64,000 bases of DNA from Candidatus Marinacidobacterium sp. GTDB lineage: Bacteria > Acidobacteriota > Vicinamibacteria > Marinacidobacterales > Marinacidobacteraceae. This document shows positions 49,494-60,667 of this stretch, one piece after another (position 1 is the stretch's first letter; every line of letters starts with the position of its first letter). The DNA lies in the NCBI GenBank assembly GCA_965204755.1, contig OZ242011.1, positions 416,001 to 480,000 of the forward strand, read 5' to 3'. The translations under genes and the position numbers were made by a program. Below the pieces are notes generated by a model that ran no database searches, was not told the DNA's origin, and worked only from the letters and a program-made list of their open reading frames with translations.

Positions 49494-52025
49494 ATGTCTG
49501 AAGCCAGCGACCCCAAGAAGAAAGCAGCGAAGGGGAAGTCCTCCGGGAGCGGCGCCGTGAGCGCCCCGGTCACGGAGAGCGACTCGCCGCACGGGCAGGT
49601 GCACCGGATGGTGCCGGTGTTGCCGCTCCGGGACATCGTCGTCTTCCCGCACTCCTTCCTGCCGCTCTCGGTGGGCCGGAAGAGCACGCTCCGGATGCTC
49701 CGGGACGCCACCAAGGAAGCGTCCGACGCCGCCGGCGGGGGCTCGAACCCGCGGGTGATGCTGGCCGTCCTGACCCAGAAGGACGACTCGGTGGACCAGC
49801 CGGGCGAGGAGGACCTCTACCAGGTCGGCACCGCGGCGCGGCTGGAGAAGCAGGTGAAGATGCGCGAGGGCACGGTGCGCATCGTGATCCGGGGCAGTTT
49901 CCGCTTCCGGGTCGAGCGGATCGTCCAGACCGAGCCCTATGTGCGGGCGGACATCCGGGTGCTCGACGGCACCGTCGGCGCGAACAAGTCCGTGGAGTTC
50001 GAGGCGCTCACCCGGAAGATCCGGGAAGAGTTGCAGGAGATGATCAAGACCGACCTGTTCCCCCGGGCGCGGGAGGTCATGAAGACCAACCTGGCGCGGG
50101 TGGGGAGCGCCGGCCAACTCGCCGACTTCGTCGCCGAGCAACTCCCCAGCCTGAGCACCGAGATGCGCCAGGAAGTGCTCCAGACGCTCTCCATCGAGGA
50201 GCGGCTGGGCCTCGCCTACGCCGCGATCCTCCGCGAAAAGCAGGTGCGCGATCTGGGCCGGAGCATCGAGTCCAAGGTCAAGAGCGAGGTGGGGCGTTCG
50301 CAGCGCGAGTTCTTCCTGCGCGAGCAGATGAAGGCCATCCAGAAGGAACTCGGCGAAGGCGAAGACACCTCCCGCGAACTCGACGAGTTGCGGGAGAAGA
50401 TCGAGAAGGCGGGGATGCCGGAGGAAGCGGAGAAGGAAGCCCTCCGCGAATTCCGCCGCCTGGGGCGGATCCCCTCCGCCTCCGCGGAGTACACCGTCGG
50501 GCGCACCTACCTCGACTGGCTGGTGCGGGTCCCCTGGGACAAGCGCACCGAGGACAAGTACGACATCCCCCGCGCCAAGGAGATCCTCGAAGCCGACCAC
50601 TACGACCTGGAGAAGGTCAAGGACCGGATTCTGGAGTTCCTCGCGGTGCGGGAGCGGAAGCCCGACCAGAAGGGCCCGATCCTCTGCTTCGCCGGGCCGC
50701 CCGGCGTGGGCAAGACCAGCCTCGGGAAGTCCATCGCCTCCGCGGTGGGGCGGGAGTTCGTGCGGCTGAGCCTCGGCGGCATCCGGGACGAAGCGGAGAT
50801 CCGCGGGCACCGGCGCACCTACATCGGGGCGCTCCCCGGCCAGATCATCCAGGGGCTGGTGCGCGCCGGCACCAGGAACCCGGTGTTCATGCTCGACGAG
50901 GTGGACAAACTGGGGATGGACTTCCGCGGCGACCCGAGTTCCGCGCTGCTCGAAGTGCTCGACCCGGAGCAGAACGACAGTTTCCGCGACCACTACCTCG
51001 ACCTGGCGTTCGACCTCTCCGATGTCCTGTTCATCGCCACCGCGAACATGGTGGACCCGATCCCGCCGGCGCTGAAGGACCGGATGGAAGTCCTGCACCT
51101 GCAGGGCTACACCGAGGAGGAGAAGATCCAGATCGCGGTCCGCCACATCATCCCCCGGCAACTCGAGAACCACGGCGTCGAGGAAGACGAAGTGGCGCCG
51201 GCGTTCGAACGGGACGCGATCGCGCTCATCATCCGCGACTACACCCGCGAGGCGGGGCTGCGGAACATGGAGCGGTCCATCGCCAAGATCTGCCGGAAAG
51301 CGGTCCGCAAACTGGCGGAGGGGGAGAAGGGGCCGCTCCGCGTGACCCCGGAAGTGGTCAGCGACCTGCTCGGGGCGCCGACTTCGCTCTCCCGCGAGTT
51401 GGCGCAGCGCGTCAGCGTGCCCGGGGTGGCGGTCGGGCTGGCCTGGACGCCGGTGGGGGGCGACCTGCTCTTCGCCGAAGTCTCCCGGATGAAGGGCAAC
51501 AACCGGCTGACGCTGACCGGTCAACTCGGGGAGGTCATGAAGGAGTCCGCCGCCGCCGCGCTCTCCTGGGTGCGGCGGAACGGCCCCGCCTACGGGCTCT
51601 CCGGGGACTTCTACCGGAAGTCGGACATCCACTTCCATGTGCCGGAGGGCGCGACGCCCAAGGACGGCCCCTCCGCCGGGATCACCCTGGTGGCGGCGCT
51701 GGTGTCGGTGATCGCCGGCGTCAACTGCCGGCCGGAACTGGCGATGTCCGGGGAGATCACCCTCACCGGGCATGTGCTGCCGGTGGGCGGGATCAAGGAG
51801 AAACTCCTCGCCGCGCACCGCTACGGCATCCGGGAAGTGATCCTGCCCCGGCTGAACGAGCCGACCTTCCTCGAGGATGTGCCCGACGAGATCCGGGACG
51901 ACCTGCAGGTGCACTTCGTCGCGAACCTGGACGAGGCGCTGGCGATCATCTTCCCGACGCTCTCGCCGGCGGCGCGCGCGTCGCTGGAAGGCGCCGCCGG
52001 GGATTCGGACCGGGCGATCCACTGA
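49494..52025 (+). CDS. lon: ATP-dependent Lon protease
   Basis: LPLRDIVVFP, GPPGVGKT, RGHRRTYIGALPG, PKDGPSAG, GGIKEK. Confidence 0.96.
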   Translation: MSEASDPKKKAAKGKSSGSGAVSAPVTESDSPHGQVHRMVPVLPLRDIVVFPHSFLPLSVGRKSTLRMLRDATKEASDAAGGGSNPRVMLAVLTQKDDSVDQPGEEDLYQVGTAARLEKQVKMREGTVRIVIRGSFRFRVERIVQTEPYVRADIRVLDGTVGANKSVEFEALTRKIREELQEMIKTDLFPRAREVMKTNLARVGSAGQLADFVAEQLPSLSTEMRQEVLQTLSIEERLGLAYAAILREKQVRDLGRSIESKVKSEVGRSQREFFLREQMKAIQKELGEGEDTSRELDELREKIEKAGMPEEAEKEALREFRRLGRIPSASAEYTVGRTYLDWLVRVPWDKRTEDKYDIPRAKEILEADHYDLEKVKDRILEFLAVRERKPDQKGPILCFAGPPGVGKTSLGKSIASAVGREFVRLSLGGIRDEAEIRGHRRTYIGALPGQIIQGLVRAGTRNPVFMLDEVDKLGMDFRGDPSSALLEVLDPEQNDSFRDHYLDLAFDLSDVLFIATANMVDPIPPALKDRMEVLHLQGYTEEEKIQIAVRHIIPRQLENHGVEEDEVAPAFERDAIALIIRDYTREAGLRNMERSIAKICRKAVRKLAEGEKGPLRVTPEVVSDLLGAPTSLSRELAQRVSVPGVAVGLAWTPVGGDLLFAEVSRMKGNNRLTLTGQLGEVMKESAAAALSWVRRNGPAYGLSGDFYRKSDIHFHVPEGATPKDGPSAGITLVAALVSVIAGVNCRPELAMSGEITLTGHVLPVGGIKEKLLAAHRYGIREVILPRLNEPTFLEDVPDEIRDDLQVHFVANLDEALAIIFPTLSPAARASLEGAAGDSDRAIH

Positions 52026-52032
52026 CCGCGGC

Positions 52033-52055
52033 GGGGCCGCCGGGCGGGCGGCCCC
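52033..52055. terminator. Hairpin between convergent lon and tsaC
   Basis: Perfect 9-bp stem GGGGCCGCC-N5-GGCGGCCCC. Confidence 0.4.
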
Positions 52056-52069
52056 CCCTTCCGGCGAGG

Positions 52070-52687
52070 CTACGAAGCCGGCGGGAGCGAGTCCAGCGAT
52101 CCCCGAATCGCGCGCGGGGTCGGCCCGGTGAGGTCGAGGATGACCGAGGGAGCGCCCCCCGGGGTCGTCCCCCCGTCGAGCACCGGGATCGGGGATCCCT
52201 CCGGGACGGCGGGCGCCAGCCCGGCGGCCGCTTCGGCGGCGGTTCGCGCCGGGGGTTCGCCGCTGCGGTTCGCGCTGGTGGAGATGACGGGGTGGCCGAT
52301 CCCGGCGGCGAGGGCGCGGGCCAGCGGATGGGCGCTCACCCGCACCGCCGCCGACCCGGCGCCGCCCCGGAGCGGCAGCACCAGGGTGAGCGGCCCCGGC
52401 CAGTAGCGGCGGGCCAGCGCCTCCGCCGCCGGGGGGAACTCGCACGCCGCCGCCGCCTGCTCCCGGTCGGCGGCGATCCAGGGGAGCGGCTTCCCGGGGT
52501 CGCGCGCCTTGAGCCGGAACACGAGCGAGCGGCCGCGCTCCGACCGGGGGTCCGCGCCCAGCGCGTAGAAGGTCTCGGTGGGATAGACGGCGGCGCCGCC
52601 GGCGAGGAGCGCGGCGCAGGCCGCCTTGAGCGCCGCGCTCCGGGCGGCCTCGTCCCCGCAGGGGAGGATCCGGAGGCCGGGGCTCAC
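52070..52687 (-). CDS. tsaC: L-threonylcarbamoyladenylate synthase
   Basis: YPTETFYALG, KAR..KPL, WPGPLTLV, STSANRSG; GTG start overlapping the xerD stop. Confidence 0.9.
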   Translation of the reverse strand: MSPGLRILPCGDEAARSAALKAACAALLAGGAAVYPTETFYALGADPRSERGRSLVFRLKARDPGKPLPWIAADREQAAAACEFPPAAEALARRYWPGPLTLVLPLRGGAGSAAVRVSAHPLARALAAGIGHPVISTSANRSGEPPARTAAEAAAGLAPAVPEGSPIPVLDGGTTPGGAPSVILDLTGPTPRAIRGSLDSLPPAS

Positions 52688-53634
52688 GAGCCGTCCCGCT
52701 TGGCGCGGGGGTGGTGGTCGTCGTAGATCTGGCGCAGCCGCTCCTCGGAGACATGGGTGTAGATCTGCGTCGTGGTAACCGAGGCGTGGCCGAGCAGTTG
52801 CTGGAGGCTCCGGAGGTCGGCGCCCCGTTCGAGCAAGTGGGTGGCGAAGGAGTGGCGGAGCACATGCGGGGAGAGGGGCCGCCGGATCCCGGCGACGGCC
52901 TGGTACTCCCGCACGATCTGCCAGAAGCGGATCCGGCTCATCGCCCGGCCGCGGGCGGTCACGAAGACGACCGGCGCCGCGCCGCGGCCCTTGAGGAGGG
53001 CCGGCCGGCCCTCCGCCAGCCACTCCCGAAGCCGCGCGCCGGCGGTCTCCCCGAAGGGGACGATCCGCTCCCGGTCCCCCTTCCCCACGATGTCGAGATA
53101 GCCGGGCGCGCCGACTTCGCCGAGCACCACGCCGGAGAGCGGCAGCCCCACCAGTTCGCTCACCCGGAGACCGGTGGCGTAGAGGAGTTCCAGCATCGTC
53201 CGGTCGCGGACGCCGCGCGGCGAGCCGTCGGGCGCGGCGAGCAGGCGCTCCACTTCGTCGAGCGAGAGGTAGCGCGGCAGCGCGGCGAGCGTCCGGGTCG
53301 GGGCGATCTCCCGCGACGGGTCGCGCTCGATGAGTCCTTCCTCCACGAGGAAGCCGTAGAAGCCGCGGACGGCGGAGACCGCGCGGCGGATGGAGCGGAA
53401 GTCGAGGCCGCGGTGGTGGAGGAACGAGACGAACTCCCGCAGGTCTTCGGCTTCGAGCGCCGGCAGGGCCCGGTCGCCGGCGAACTCCGCGAGTTTCGCC
53501 AGGTCGCGGCGGTAGGCGGCGAGCGTGTTCCGGGAGAGCCCCCGCTCCACCGCCAGGTGGTCGAAGTAGGGGCCGTACTGCGGAGGGGCGGCCTTCGCCG
53601 GGTCGGGCTTGCCCGAGGCGCGGCGGCTCGGCAC
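52684..53634 (-). CDS. xerD: Site-specific tyrosine recombinase XerD
   Basis: VERGLSRNTLAAYRRDL, LYATGLRVSEL, GKGDRERIVP, HVLRHSFATHLL, LGH..TTQIYTH. Start approximate. Confidence 0.88.
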   Translation of the reverse strand: MPSRRASGKPDPAKAAPPQYGPYFDHLAVERGLSRNTLAAYRRDLAKLAEFAGDRALPALEAEDLREFVSFLHHRGLDFRSIRRAVSAVRGFYGFLVEEGLIERDPSREIAPTRTLAALPRYLSLDEVERLLAAPDGSPRGVRDRTMLELLYATGLRVSELVGLPLSGVVLGEVGAPGYLDIVGKGDRERIVPFGETAGARLREWLAEGRPALLKGRGAAPVVFVTARGRAMSRIRFWQIVREYQAVAGIRRPLSPHVLRHSFATHLLERGADLRSLQQLLGHASVTTTQIYTHVSEERLRQIYDDHHPRAKRDGS

Positions 53635-53645
53635 GGGGGGCGGCG

Positions 53646-55376
53646 TCAGGGCGCGGGCCCGGCCCCGGCGGAACCGGTTCCCGGCGGACGGCGGCGAAGG
53701 ACCTGGAGCAGGCGGCGGAGGAGGGGGGCGGCCGCTTCCCGGATCGGCCCGTAGTCGGCCGGCGCGAGCCGCCGGGCCGCGAGGGAGAACGCGCCGAGCC
53801 CGATCCCGACGGCGGCCGCGACGGCAACGAGGTCGGGAAGCGTCCCCGGCCCCGCCCCGGAGCGGATCGCCCACGAGACGGCGGCCGCCGCCCCTCCGGT
53901 GACGAGCGCCACCGGGCCCGCGCGGAGCGCCGCTCCCGCGAGGTCGAGGTACGCGGCGCGGGCCCGCGAGCGGCCGAGTCCGTCCCGCCCGAGCCGGGGC
54001 GCGAGCAGGACCGCCTGCGCCAGCAGGGAGAAGTAGGACACGGAGACCACGGCCAGCGGTAGCCCGACTTGGCCCAGGTCGGCGGTGACCACGAAGGCCC
54101 GGGTCAGCAGGTAGGTGACCCCGGTGCCGACCACCGCCACCAGCAGCGGCGGGCGGGTGGAGCCGAGGGCGAAGAAGGCGTCGGTGAGGATCTTGGCGGT
54201 CCCGAACGCCGGGAGACCGAGGGCGAAGACCGAGAGGAGGAGGGTCACCTGGGCGGCGTCCTCCGGGGTGAACGCGCCCCGGCGGTAGATGAGCGAGACC
54301 AGCGGTTCGGCGACGGCGGTGAGCCCCGCGGCCGCGCTCAGTCCGAGCAGGATCGTCAGCCGGCCGGCGCGGGTGAGGACGCGGGCGAAACCCTCCGGGT
54401 CGCCGCGTCCGGCGGCGCGGGTGAGCGAGGGGAGTCCGGCGTTCGAGAGCGCGACGCCGATCAGGCCGGACGGCAACTGCGCCAGCCGGTACGCCATGGA
54501 GAACCAGGAGAGCCAGGAGGTCCCGATGGAGGCGAAGTGCCGCGAGATCAGCACATTGATCTGGAGCGTCCCGGCGGCGCCGGCGGCGGGGGCGAACAGC
54601 CGGGCCACCCGGCGGAACGCCGGGTCGCGGAGGGTGGCCCGGAGGCCGCCGGCCGGGGTGCGCCGGTAGCCGGCGCGGCGGAGCCCGACCGCCTGGGCCG
54701 CGAGTTGCGCCAGCCCGCCGACCGGGACGCCGACCGCCAGCCCGGCCATCGGGTGGAGGCCGAGCGCCTCCGCGGAGAAGTAGCCGGCGACCGCGAACAC
54801 GATCGTCGCCACATTGAAGAGCGAGGACGCGAGGCCGGTGAGGAAGAAGCGGTGCCGGGCGTGGAGCGCGCCCAGGTAGAGGGCGGCGAGCGCGGCGAAG
54901 AAGATGAACGGGAACATCAGCCGGGTCAGCCAGACGGTGAGTTCCCTCCCGGTGGCGAACCGGCCGCCGAGCGCCTCCGGCAGCGGCGCCCGGAACGCTT
55001 CGCGCGAGAACACGAAGTCCACCAGGGCCGGCGCGAAGACCACGCCCAGGACGGTGACCAGCAACGCCGCCAGGAAAAGCGCCCGGAAGACGCGGGTGAA
55101 GAGCCGGTGGGCGGCCTCGCGCCCTTCGCCGGCGTCCACCGCGGCGAAGGTGGCGATGAAGGCCTTGGAGAGCGCTCCCTCGCCGAGCATCTCCCGGAGG
55201 GTGCTCGGGAAGGTGTAGGCGGCGAAGAAGGCGTCGAGCAGCGCCGTGGGGAAGAGGTAGGCGAGCACCTGCTCGCGGAGGAGGCCGCTGATCCGGGAGA
55301 CCACCACGCCGAGACTGACCGCCCCGGCGCGGCGGGTCAGTTGGCGCTCGTCCCGGGCGGCGCTGGATTCGGACAT
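53646..55376 (-). CDS. murJ: Lipid II flippase MurJ
   Basis: SRISGLLRE, DAFFAAY..P..LR..GEGALS.AFI, RLAQLP, RGAF; multiple TM helices. Confidence 0.9.
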   Translation of the reverse strand: MSESSAARDERQLTRRAGAVSLGVVVSRISGLLREQVLAYLFPTALLDAFFAAYTFPSTLREMLGEGALSKAFIATFAAVDAGEGREAAHRLFTRVFRALFLAALLVTVLGVVFAPALVDFVFSREAFRAPLPEALGGRFATGRELTVWLTRLMFPFIFFAALAALYLGALHARHRFFLTGLASSLFNVATIVFAVAGYFSAEALGLHPMAGLAVGVPVGGLAQLAAQAVGLRRAGYRRTPAGGLRATLRDPAFRRVARLFAPAAGAAGTLQINVLISRHFASIGTSWLSWFSMAYRLAQLPSGLIGVALSNAGLPSLTRAAGRGDPEGFARVLTRAGRLTILLGLSAAAGLTAVAEPLVSLIYRRGAFTPEDAAQVTLLLSVFALGLPAFGTAKILTDAFFALGSTRPPLLVAVVGTGVTYLLTRAFVVTADLGQVGLPLAVVSVSYFSLLAQAVLLAPRLGRDGLGRSRARAAYLDLAGAALRAGPVALVTGGAAAAVSWAIRSGAGPGTLPDLVAVAAAVGIGLGAFSLAARRLAPADYGPIREAAAPLLRRLLQVLRRRPPGTGSAGAGPAP

Positions 55377-55716
55377 CGGGTTCCGGCGCCGGGCCCGGAG
55401 CGCGCCGTTCGGGCCCCCCGGACGGCGCCGGAAGGGATGGTACGCCGGGTTCGCCGCGCGTTTCGGGCGGTCGAGCGACCGCTGCGGAGACTCCGGGGAA
55501 GAGTCGGGGGGCCGCCGGGTACGGGAAAACGGCCGGCCCGTCGGGGCGCGTTGCCCGACGGAACCGGCCGAGGGAGGGGGCGTCGGCCCGCGTCCGACCG
55601 ATCCGGCTGGAGGAACCGGACGGCCGGGCGGTCGATGGCCGACCCGCATCGAGACCGGGCCGGCCCCGGCGCGGGAGACGCGGCGAGCGCCTTCCCGCGG
55701 GCCGGAGGGAAGTCGG

Positions 55717-56277
55717 TCAGTGCACGGTGACTTCGATCTGCCGCGGCAGCGCCTTCTCCGCCTTCGGGAGCGTGATGGTGAGCACCCCGTCCCGGGACTC
55801 GGCGCGGATCGCGGAGACCTCCACGGTCTCCGATACCCGGAAACTCCGGCGGAACCGCCCGAGCGCCCGCTCGCGATGCGTCCACCGGCCCCGGCCGTTC
55901 TCCGCGACCTTCTCCACGACCGGCGCGGCGCCGCCATCGTCCGAGCCGCCCTCGGCGGCCGTGGAGTTCCCGTTCGAGGGGCTCCCGTTCGCGGGCCGGC
56001 CGCGGTTCCCTTCGAGGGTCAGCGTTCCGGAGTCGAACCGGATCGCGATCTCCTCGCGCGGAACGCCGGGCAGATCCGCTTCGATCACCACCGCGGCGCC
56101 GGTGTCGCGGACATCCACGCGGGGGCTCCAGGAGGGCCGGGCCCCGTCGCGGCCGAGGTCGGGCGGGAGGCCGCCGCCGTCGGCGAGCAGCGGCCCGAAG
56201 ACCCCGTCTCCGGGGAACGAGCCGTCGAACAGCCGCCGGAACGCGCCGGCGGGGTGGAAGAGAGTGAGGTTGGTCAT
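55717..56277 (-). CDS. Hsp20/alpha-crystallin small heat-shock protein
   Basis: AAGGAG RBS; PRVDV, ADLPGV, ER..GRFRRSF, DGVLTITLPK. Confidence 0.92.
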   Translation of the reverse strand: MTNLTLFHPAGAFRRLFDGSFPGDGVFGPLLADGGGLPPDLGRDGARPSWSPRVDVRDTGAAVVIEADLPGVPREEIAIRFDSGTLTLEGNRGRPANGSPSNGNSTAAEGGSDDGGAAPVVEKVAENGRGRWTHRERALGRFRRSFRVSETVEVSAIRAESRDGVLTITLPKAEKALPRQIEVTVH

Positions 56278-56294
56278 GAGTGTCTCCTTCATGA

Positions 56295-57767
<1,473 letters not shown>

Positions 57768-57938
57768 CCCGCCCCGCCCGGCCTCGGAACCACCGGGCGG
57801 GCGCGACGAATGGCCGGGGCCGCGAGCCGCCGCGTCCGCCCGGTCAGCCGGCGCCAAGCCGAGCGCCCGGGCAGCCCCGATTCAGGCCCCGCCGGGAAAC
57901 CCGAAGAACGGGTGAACCGCTGACCCGGCGTCCGGATC

Positions 57939-58559
57939 GTGGAAGAACGCGCCGGCCCGGTTCGGGCCCCGAACCCCGGAAGGAACTGGACCCGGGGCCT
58001 GCCGGAAGACCTGAGCGAGAAGATCGACCGTGCCGACTACGACCAGGCCCGCACCACCGTCCGCTCCATCGTCGAAAGCCCGATCTTTGACCTGTTCCGA
58101 GCCGAGCCCCGAGGGGACATGCCCGTCGGCGTGTTGGACCGGCAGGTGTGCGAATGGATCGGAGCACGGACTTTTCTCGTTCGGCTCCCTGACCGCGTCA
58201 TGCACAAACAGGACGGCCGTCACGCCAACGCAGACCTGCCGGGCCATCCGGAACTCACCATGGACGACTATCGGCGCCTCCCGGCGCTCGTCGAACGCCC
58301 CGACTTCGTCTTCCGCGCCGAACCGCGTCGCTCGACCGGGATTGGCACGCTCGACCGCCGACTGAACTTGGTCCGCCAGGTTGACGGCCGGATCTACCAC
58401 CTCGTCGTCGAACGGCGGGCGACGGATCGGAGCGTGGAAGTCGTCAGCCTCCACCGAATCAAGGCCCCGAGAGTGAGGGCGAGGCTCGAACGAGCCGAAG
58501 TATTCCGACCTGTGGACTGGAAGAATTGGGACTGGAAGAACTGGGACTGGAAGGGATGA
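57939..58559 (+). CDS. Stand-alone putative RNase of the PBECR (Barnase/EndoU/Colicin/RelE-like) type
   Basis: KQ..H...HPELTMDDYRRLPALVERP followed by a beta-meander ending in VVSLHR; recalled as the pattern of MuF C-terminal PBECR2 domains. Confidence 0.6.
   Translation: MEERAGPVRAPNPGRNWTRGLPEDLSEKIDRADYDQARTTVRSIVESPIFDLFRAEPRGDMPVGVLDRQVCEWIGARTFLVRLPDRVMHKQDGRHANADLPGHPELTMDDYRRLPALVERPDFVFRAEPRRSTGIGTLDRRLNLVRQVDGRIYHLVVERRATDRSVEVVSLHRIKAPRVRARLERAEVFRPVDWKNWDWKNWDWKG
58514..58553 (+). repeat. 15-bp tandem repeat encoding (DWKNW)n tail
   Basis: GACTGGAAGAATTGG GACTGGAAGAACTGG GACTGGAAG. Confidence 0.9.
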
Positions 58560-58560
58560 G

Positions 58561-58718
58561 GCGGGACTGCGCCTGGTAGTCCCATGGGGCCGCCCGACGA
58601 GCACCGCGCTAACGCTCGCCGCTCGGAAGAACCGAGTCCTTTTGTCGGGTTGCCAGGCACCCCTCACCGCATCAGCGTATGCGTAGAGGCGACGGCCCTT
58701 GGGCGGATGCTAGCACGG
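58561..58718 (+). ncRNA. Putative structured RNA, repeat unit 1
   Basis: Several hairpins and possible long-range pairings; duplicated at 58764; G-U pairs favour the + strand. Confidence 0.5.
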
Positions 58719-58894
58719 GATCTGGTTGGCGGCGGGGCCGTAGCGAAACCGGAAGAGACGACAGCGGGACTGCGCCTGGTAGTCCCGCGGGGCCGCCCGA
58801 CGAGCACCGCGCTAACCGGAAGTTCCAAGGGGCAAGAGGCCAGAAGTCCAAGAAGGGACGGGGGATCCGGGAAGCGGGGGGTGTTCGGTTCTGG

Positions 58895-60631
58895 CTACGC
58901 GGAGGCGGGAAGGCGGAGCAGGTCGAAGGCCTTTGCCTGGAGCCGGGTGGGGTTCGCGCGCATCTGGAAGGTGGCGTTCCGGCTGGGGGCGCGGACGGTG
59001 TTGAGGGTGAGGGTCCCGAGGTGCTGGATCAGCGTCGGGAAGTCGTGCAGCGGCAGCCCCTCCGGGGTGCGGCGGGCGGCGACCTTGGCCTTGGCCGCCG
59101 GGGAGCGCTGCGCGGGCTGGACCGGGGAGGGGCGCTCGCGCTCGGCGGCCTCCCGGTCGTGGTCCTGGAACAGGACGGGGGCGAGCGCCTGGCGCATGTG
59201 CCATTCCAGGTAGTAGGCGAGCATGCACAGGAAGATGTGGGAACGGACCCGGTCGGGGCGGCGGTGGTGGATGGGGCGGACCTGGAGGTCGAGGGACTTC
59301 ATGCTGCGGAAGGCGGTCTCCACCGAGGCGAGGGACTTGTAGGCGCGGACGGTCTGTTCGGTGGAGAGGAGGTCGGGTTCGGCGTTGGTGCGGAGGATGT
59401 AGAAGCCGTCGAGGGCCCGTTCCCGGGCGATGGCGTCTTCGTTCCGGCGAAAGGCGAAGGAGTCGTCGGTGATCTCGGTGAGGAAGTGCTTTTCGACCTT
59501 GAAGCGGCCGATGAGGGCGCCGACGCGCTTTCCGATGCGGGCGGCGCCGCGCAGCGGGCGGCGCTCGCGCCGGGTGGCGGCGGCGATGGCCTCCAGCCGC
59601 TTCTCGGTGGCGGCGAGCAGGTCTTCGCGCTTGCGGCGGCGCTCCTCGGCGAGCCGGGGGTTGAAGCAGACCACCAGGCGCTCCCCGGGGTAGCGGTCGG
59701 AGGAGATCTCGGCCAGGTCCCGCCGGTCGAACAGGGTGGGGTTCACCGCGCCGGCTTCGACCAGGGCGCGGATGTCGGCGGAGCGCAGCGCGGTGACCCA
59801 GCGGAAGCCCTCCTCCGGGCTCAGGTCCTCGCGGATGCGCCGGGCGGTGAGCATCCCCCGGTCGCCGACCAGGACCAGTTGGCGGAGGCCGAAGCGGTCG
59901 CGGAGTTTGGCCACCTGGGCGGCCACCGTCCCGGGGTCGGCGGTGTTGCCGGGGAAGACCTCGACGGCGACCGGGCAGCCCTCCTTGGAGCAGAGCAGGC
60001 CGAAGACGATCTGCAGGGTGTTGCGCTTGCGGTCGCGGCTGTAGCCGCGCCGGGCCAGCGGGCAGCGTCGGCCCTCGAAGTAGGTGGAGGTGAGGTCGTA
60101 GAGGATGAGGGTGTTGTCGCGGAGGTGGCGGGCGGCCAGCCGGGTCTCGACGGCCTGCTGGCGGGCGCCGAGCCAGTCGAGGGCGGCGTAGAGCTCGTTC
60201 TCCTCGACTTCCCCGAGATCGAGGAGGGCGCCGAGGGAGGTGGAGGCGGTCTCCGGGGCGAGGGTCCGGGCGGTGGCGAGTTTGGAGCGGGGGGCGAGGA
60301 GTCGGGCGGCGATGAGGGCGAGGGCGAGGTCGCGGGGGCGGGAGCGGCGGCGGTCGAGGAGGGCGGGCAGTCCGAGGCGCTTGAGGGTTCCGAGGGCGGC
60401 GGCGGCGTGGCCGTGGGGGAGGGCGCGGAGGATCTGGAAGGCGTCCCCGGGTTCGACGAGGTTCCGGCCCTCGAGGCTGAGGCGGACGGCCTCCACGGCG
60501 TCGGGTTTCGCGCGGTGGAGGGGGGTGAGGTTGGCGAGGGTTCGCTTGCGGACTTTCCCGTTTTCGCGGAAGGACTCGCGGAGGAGGACGGTGGGCGGGG
60601 AGTTCCGGTTGGGGACGAACTCGACATACAT
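58895..60631 (-). CDS. IS1634-family DDE transposase
   Basis: MYVEFVPNRNSPPTVLLRESFRENGKVRKRTLANL, LYDLTSTYFEG, VGDRGM, YKSL..VETAFRSMK, VRSHIFLCMLAYYL. Confidence 0.93.
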   Translation of the reverse strand: MYVEFVPNRNSPPTVLLRESFRENGKVRKRTLANLTPLHRAKPDAVEAVRLSLEGRNLVEPGDAFQILRALPHGHAAAALGTLKRLGLPALLDRRRSRPRDLALALIAARLLAPRSKLATARTLAPETASTSLGALLDLGEVEENELYAALDWLGARQQAVETRLAARHLRDNTLILYDLTSTYFEGRRCPLARRGYSRDRKRNTLQIVFGLLCSKEGCPVAVEVFPGNTADPGTVAAQVAKLRDRFGLRQLVLVGDRGMLTARRIREDLSPEEGFRWVTALRSADIRALVEAGAVNPTLFDRRDLAEISSDRYPGERLVVCFNPRLAEERRRKREDLLAATEKRLEAIAAATRRERRPLRGAARIGKRVGALIGRFKVEKHFLTEITDDSFAFRRNEDAIARERALDGFYILRTNAEPDLLSTEQTVRAYKSLASVETAFRSMKSLDLQVRPIHHRRPDRVRSHIFLCMLAYYLEWHMRQALAPVLFQDHDREAAERERPSPVQPAQRSPAAKAKVAARRTPEGLPLHDFPTLIQHLGTLTLNTVRAPSRNATFQMRANPTRLQAKAFDLLRLPASA

Positions 60632-60638
60632 GGGCCGT

Positions 60639-60667
60639 ATTGTAGTGATAAACCATTCAGATATCAA
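60639..60667 (-). promoter_or_regulatory. Sigma-70 promoter of the transposase (likely leaderless mRNA)
   Basis: TTGATA-N17-TACAAT, then 7 nt to the ATG at 60631. Confidence 0.65.

Noticed and set aside
49313-49501. 62-aa ORF upstream of lon
   Set aside because: No RBS or motif and low complexity; more likely the lon promoter region.
49140-52865. 1241-aa minus-strand ORF and similar long shadow ORFs (e.g. 10008-13205, 2946-5486, 31735-34779, 41215-43572)
   Set aside because: Antisense or off-frame shadows of well-supported genes, expected at this GC content; Arg/Pro/Gly-rich with no motifs.
52684-53634. Tyrosine recombinase as an island or prophage integrase
   Set aside because: XerD-type sequence embedded in a murJ-xerD-tsaC housekeeping operon; no att sites or cargo.
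57780-58559. Prophage around the PBECR-like gene
   Set aside because: No portal, terminase, capsid or MuF domain nearby; only a weak NPG linker-like trace at the ORF start.
58561-58718. Repeat as CRISPR array, tRNA, SRP RNA or cobalamin riboswitch
   Set aside because: Only two long units and no cas genes. No T-loop/anticodon cloverleaf. GCGCCTGGTAGTCCC resembles the SRP Alu domain but the SRP helix-8 motif is absent. It lacks the B12-box and lies downstream, not upstream, of the B12 genes.
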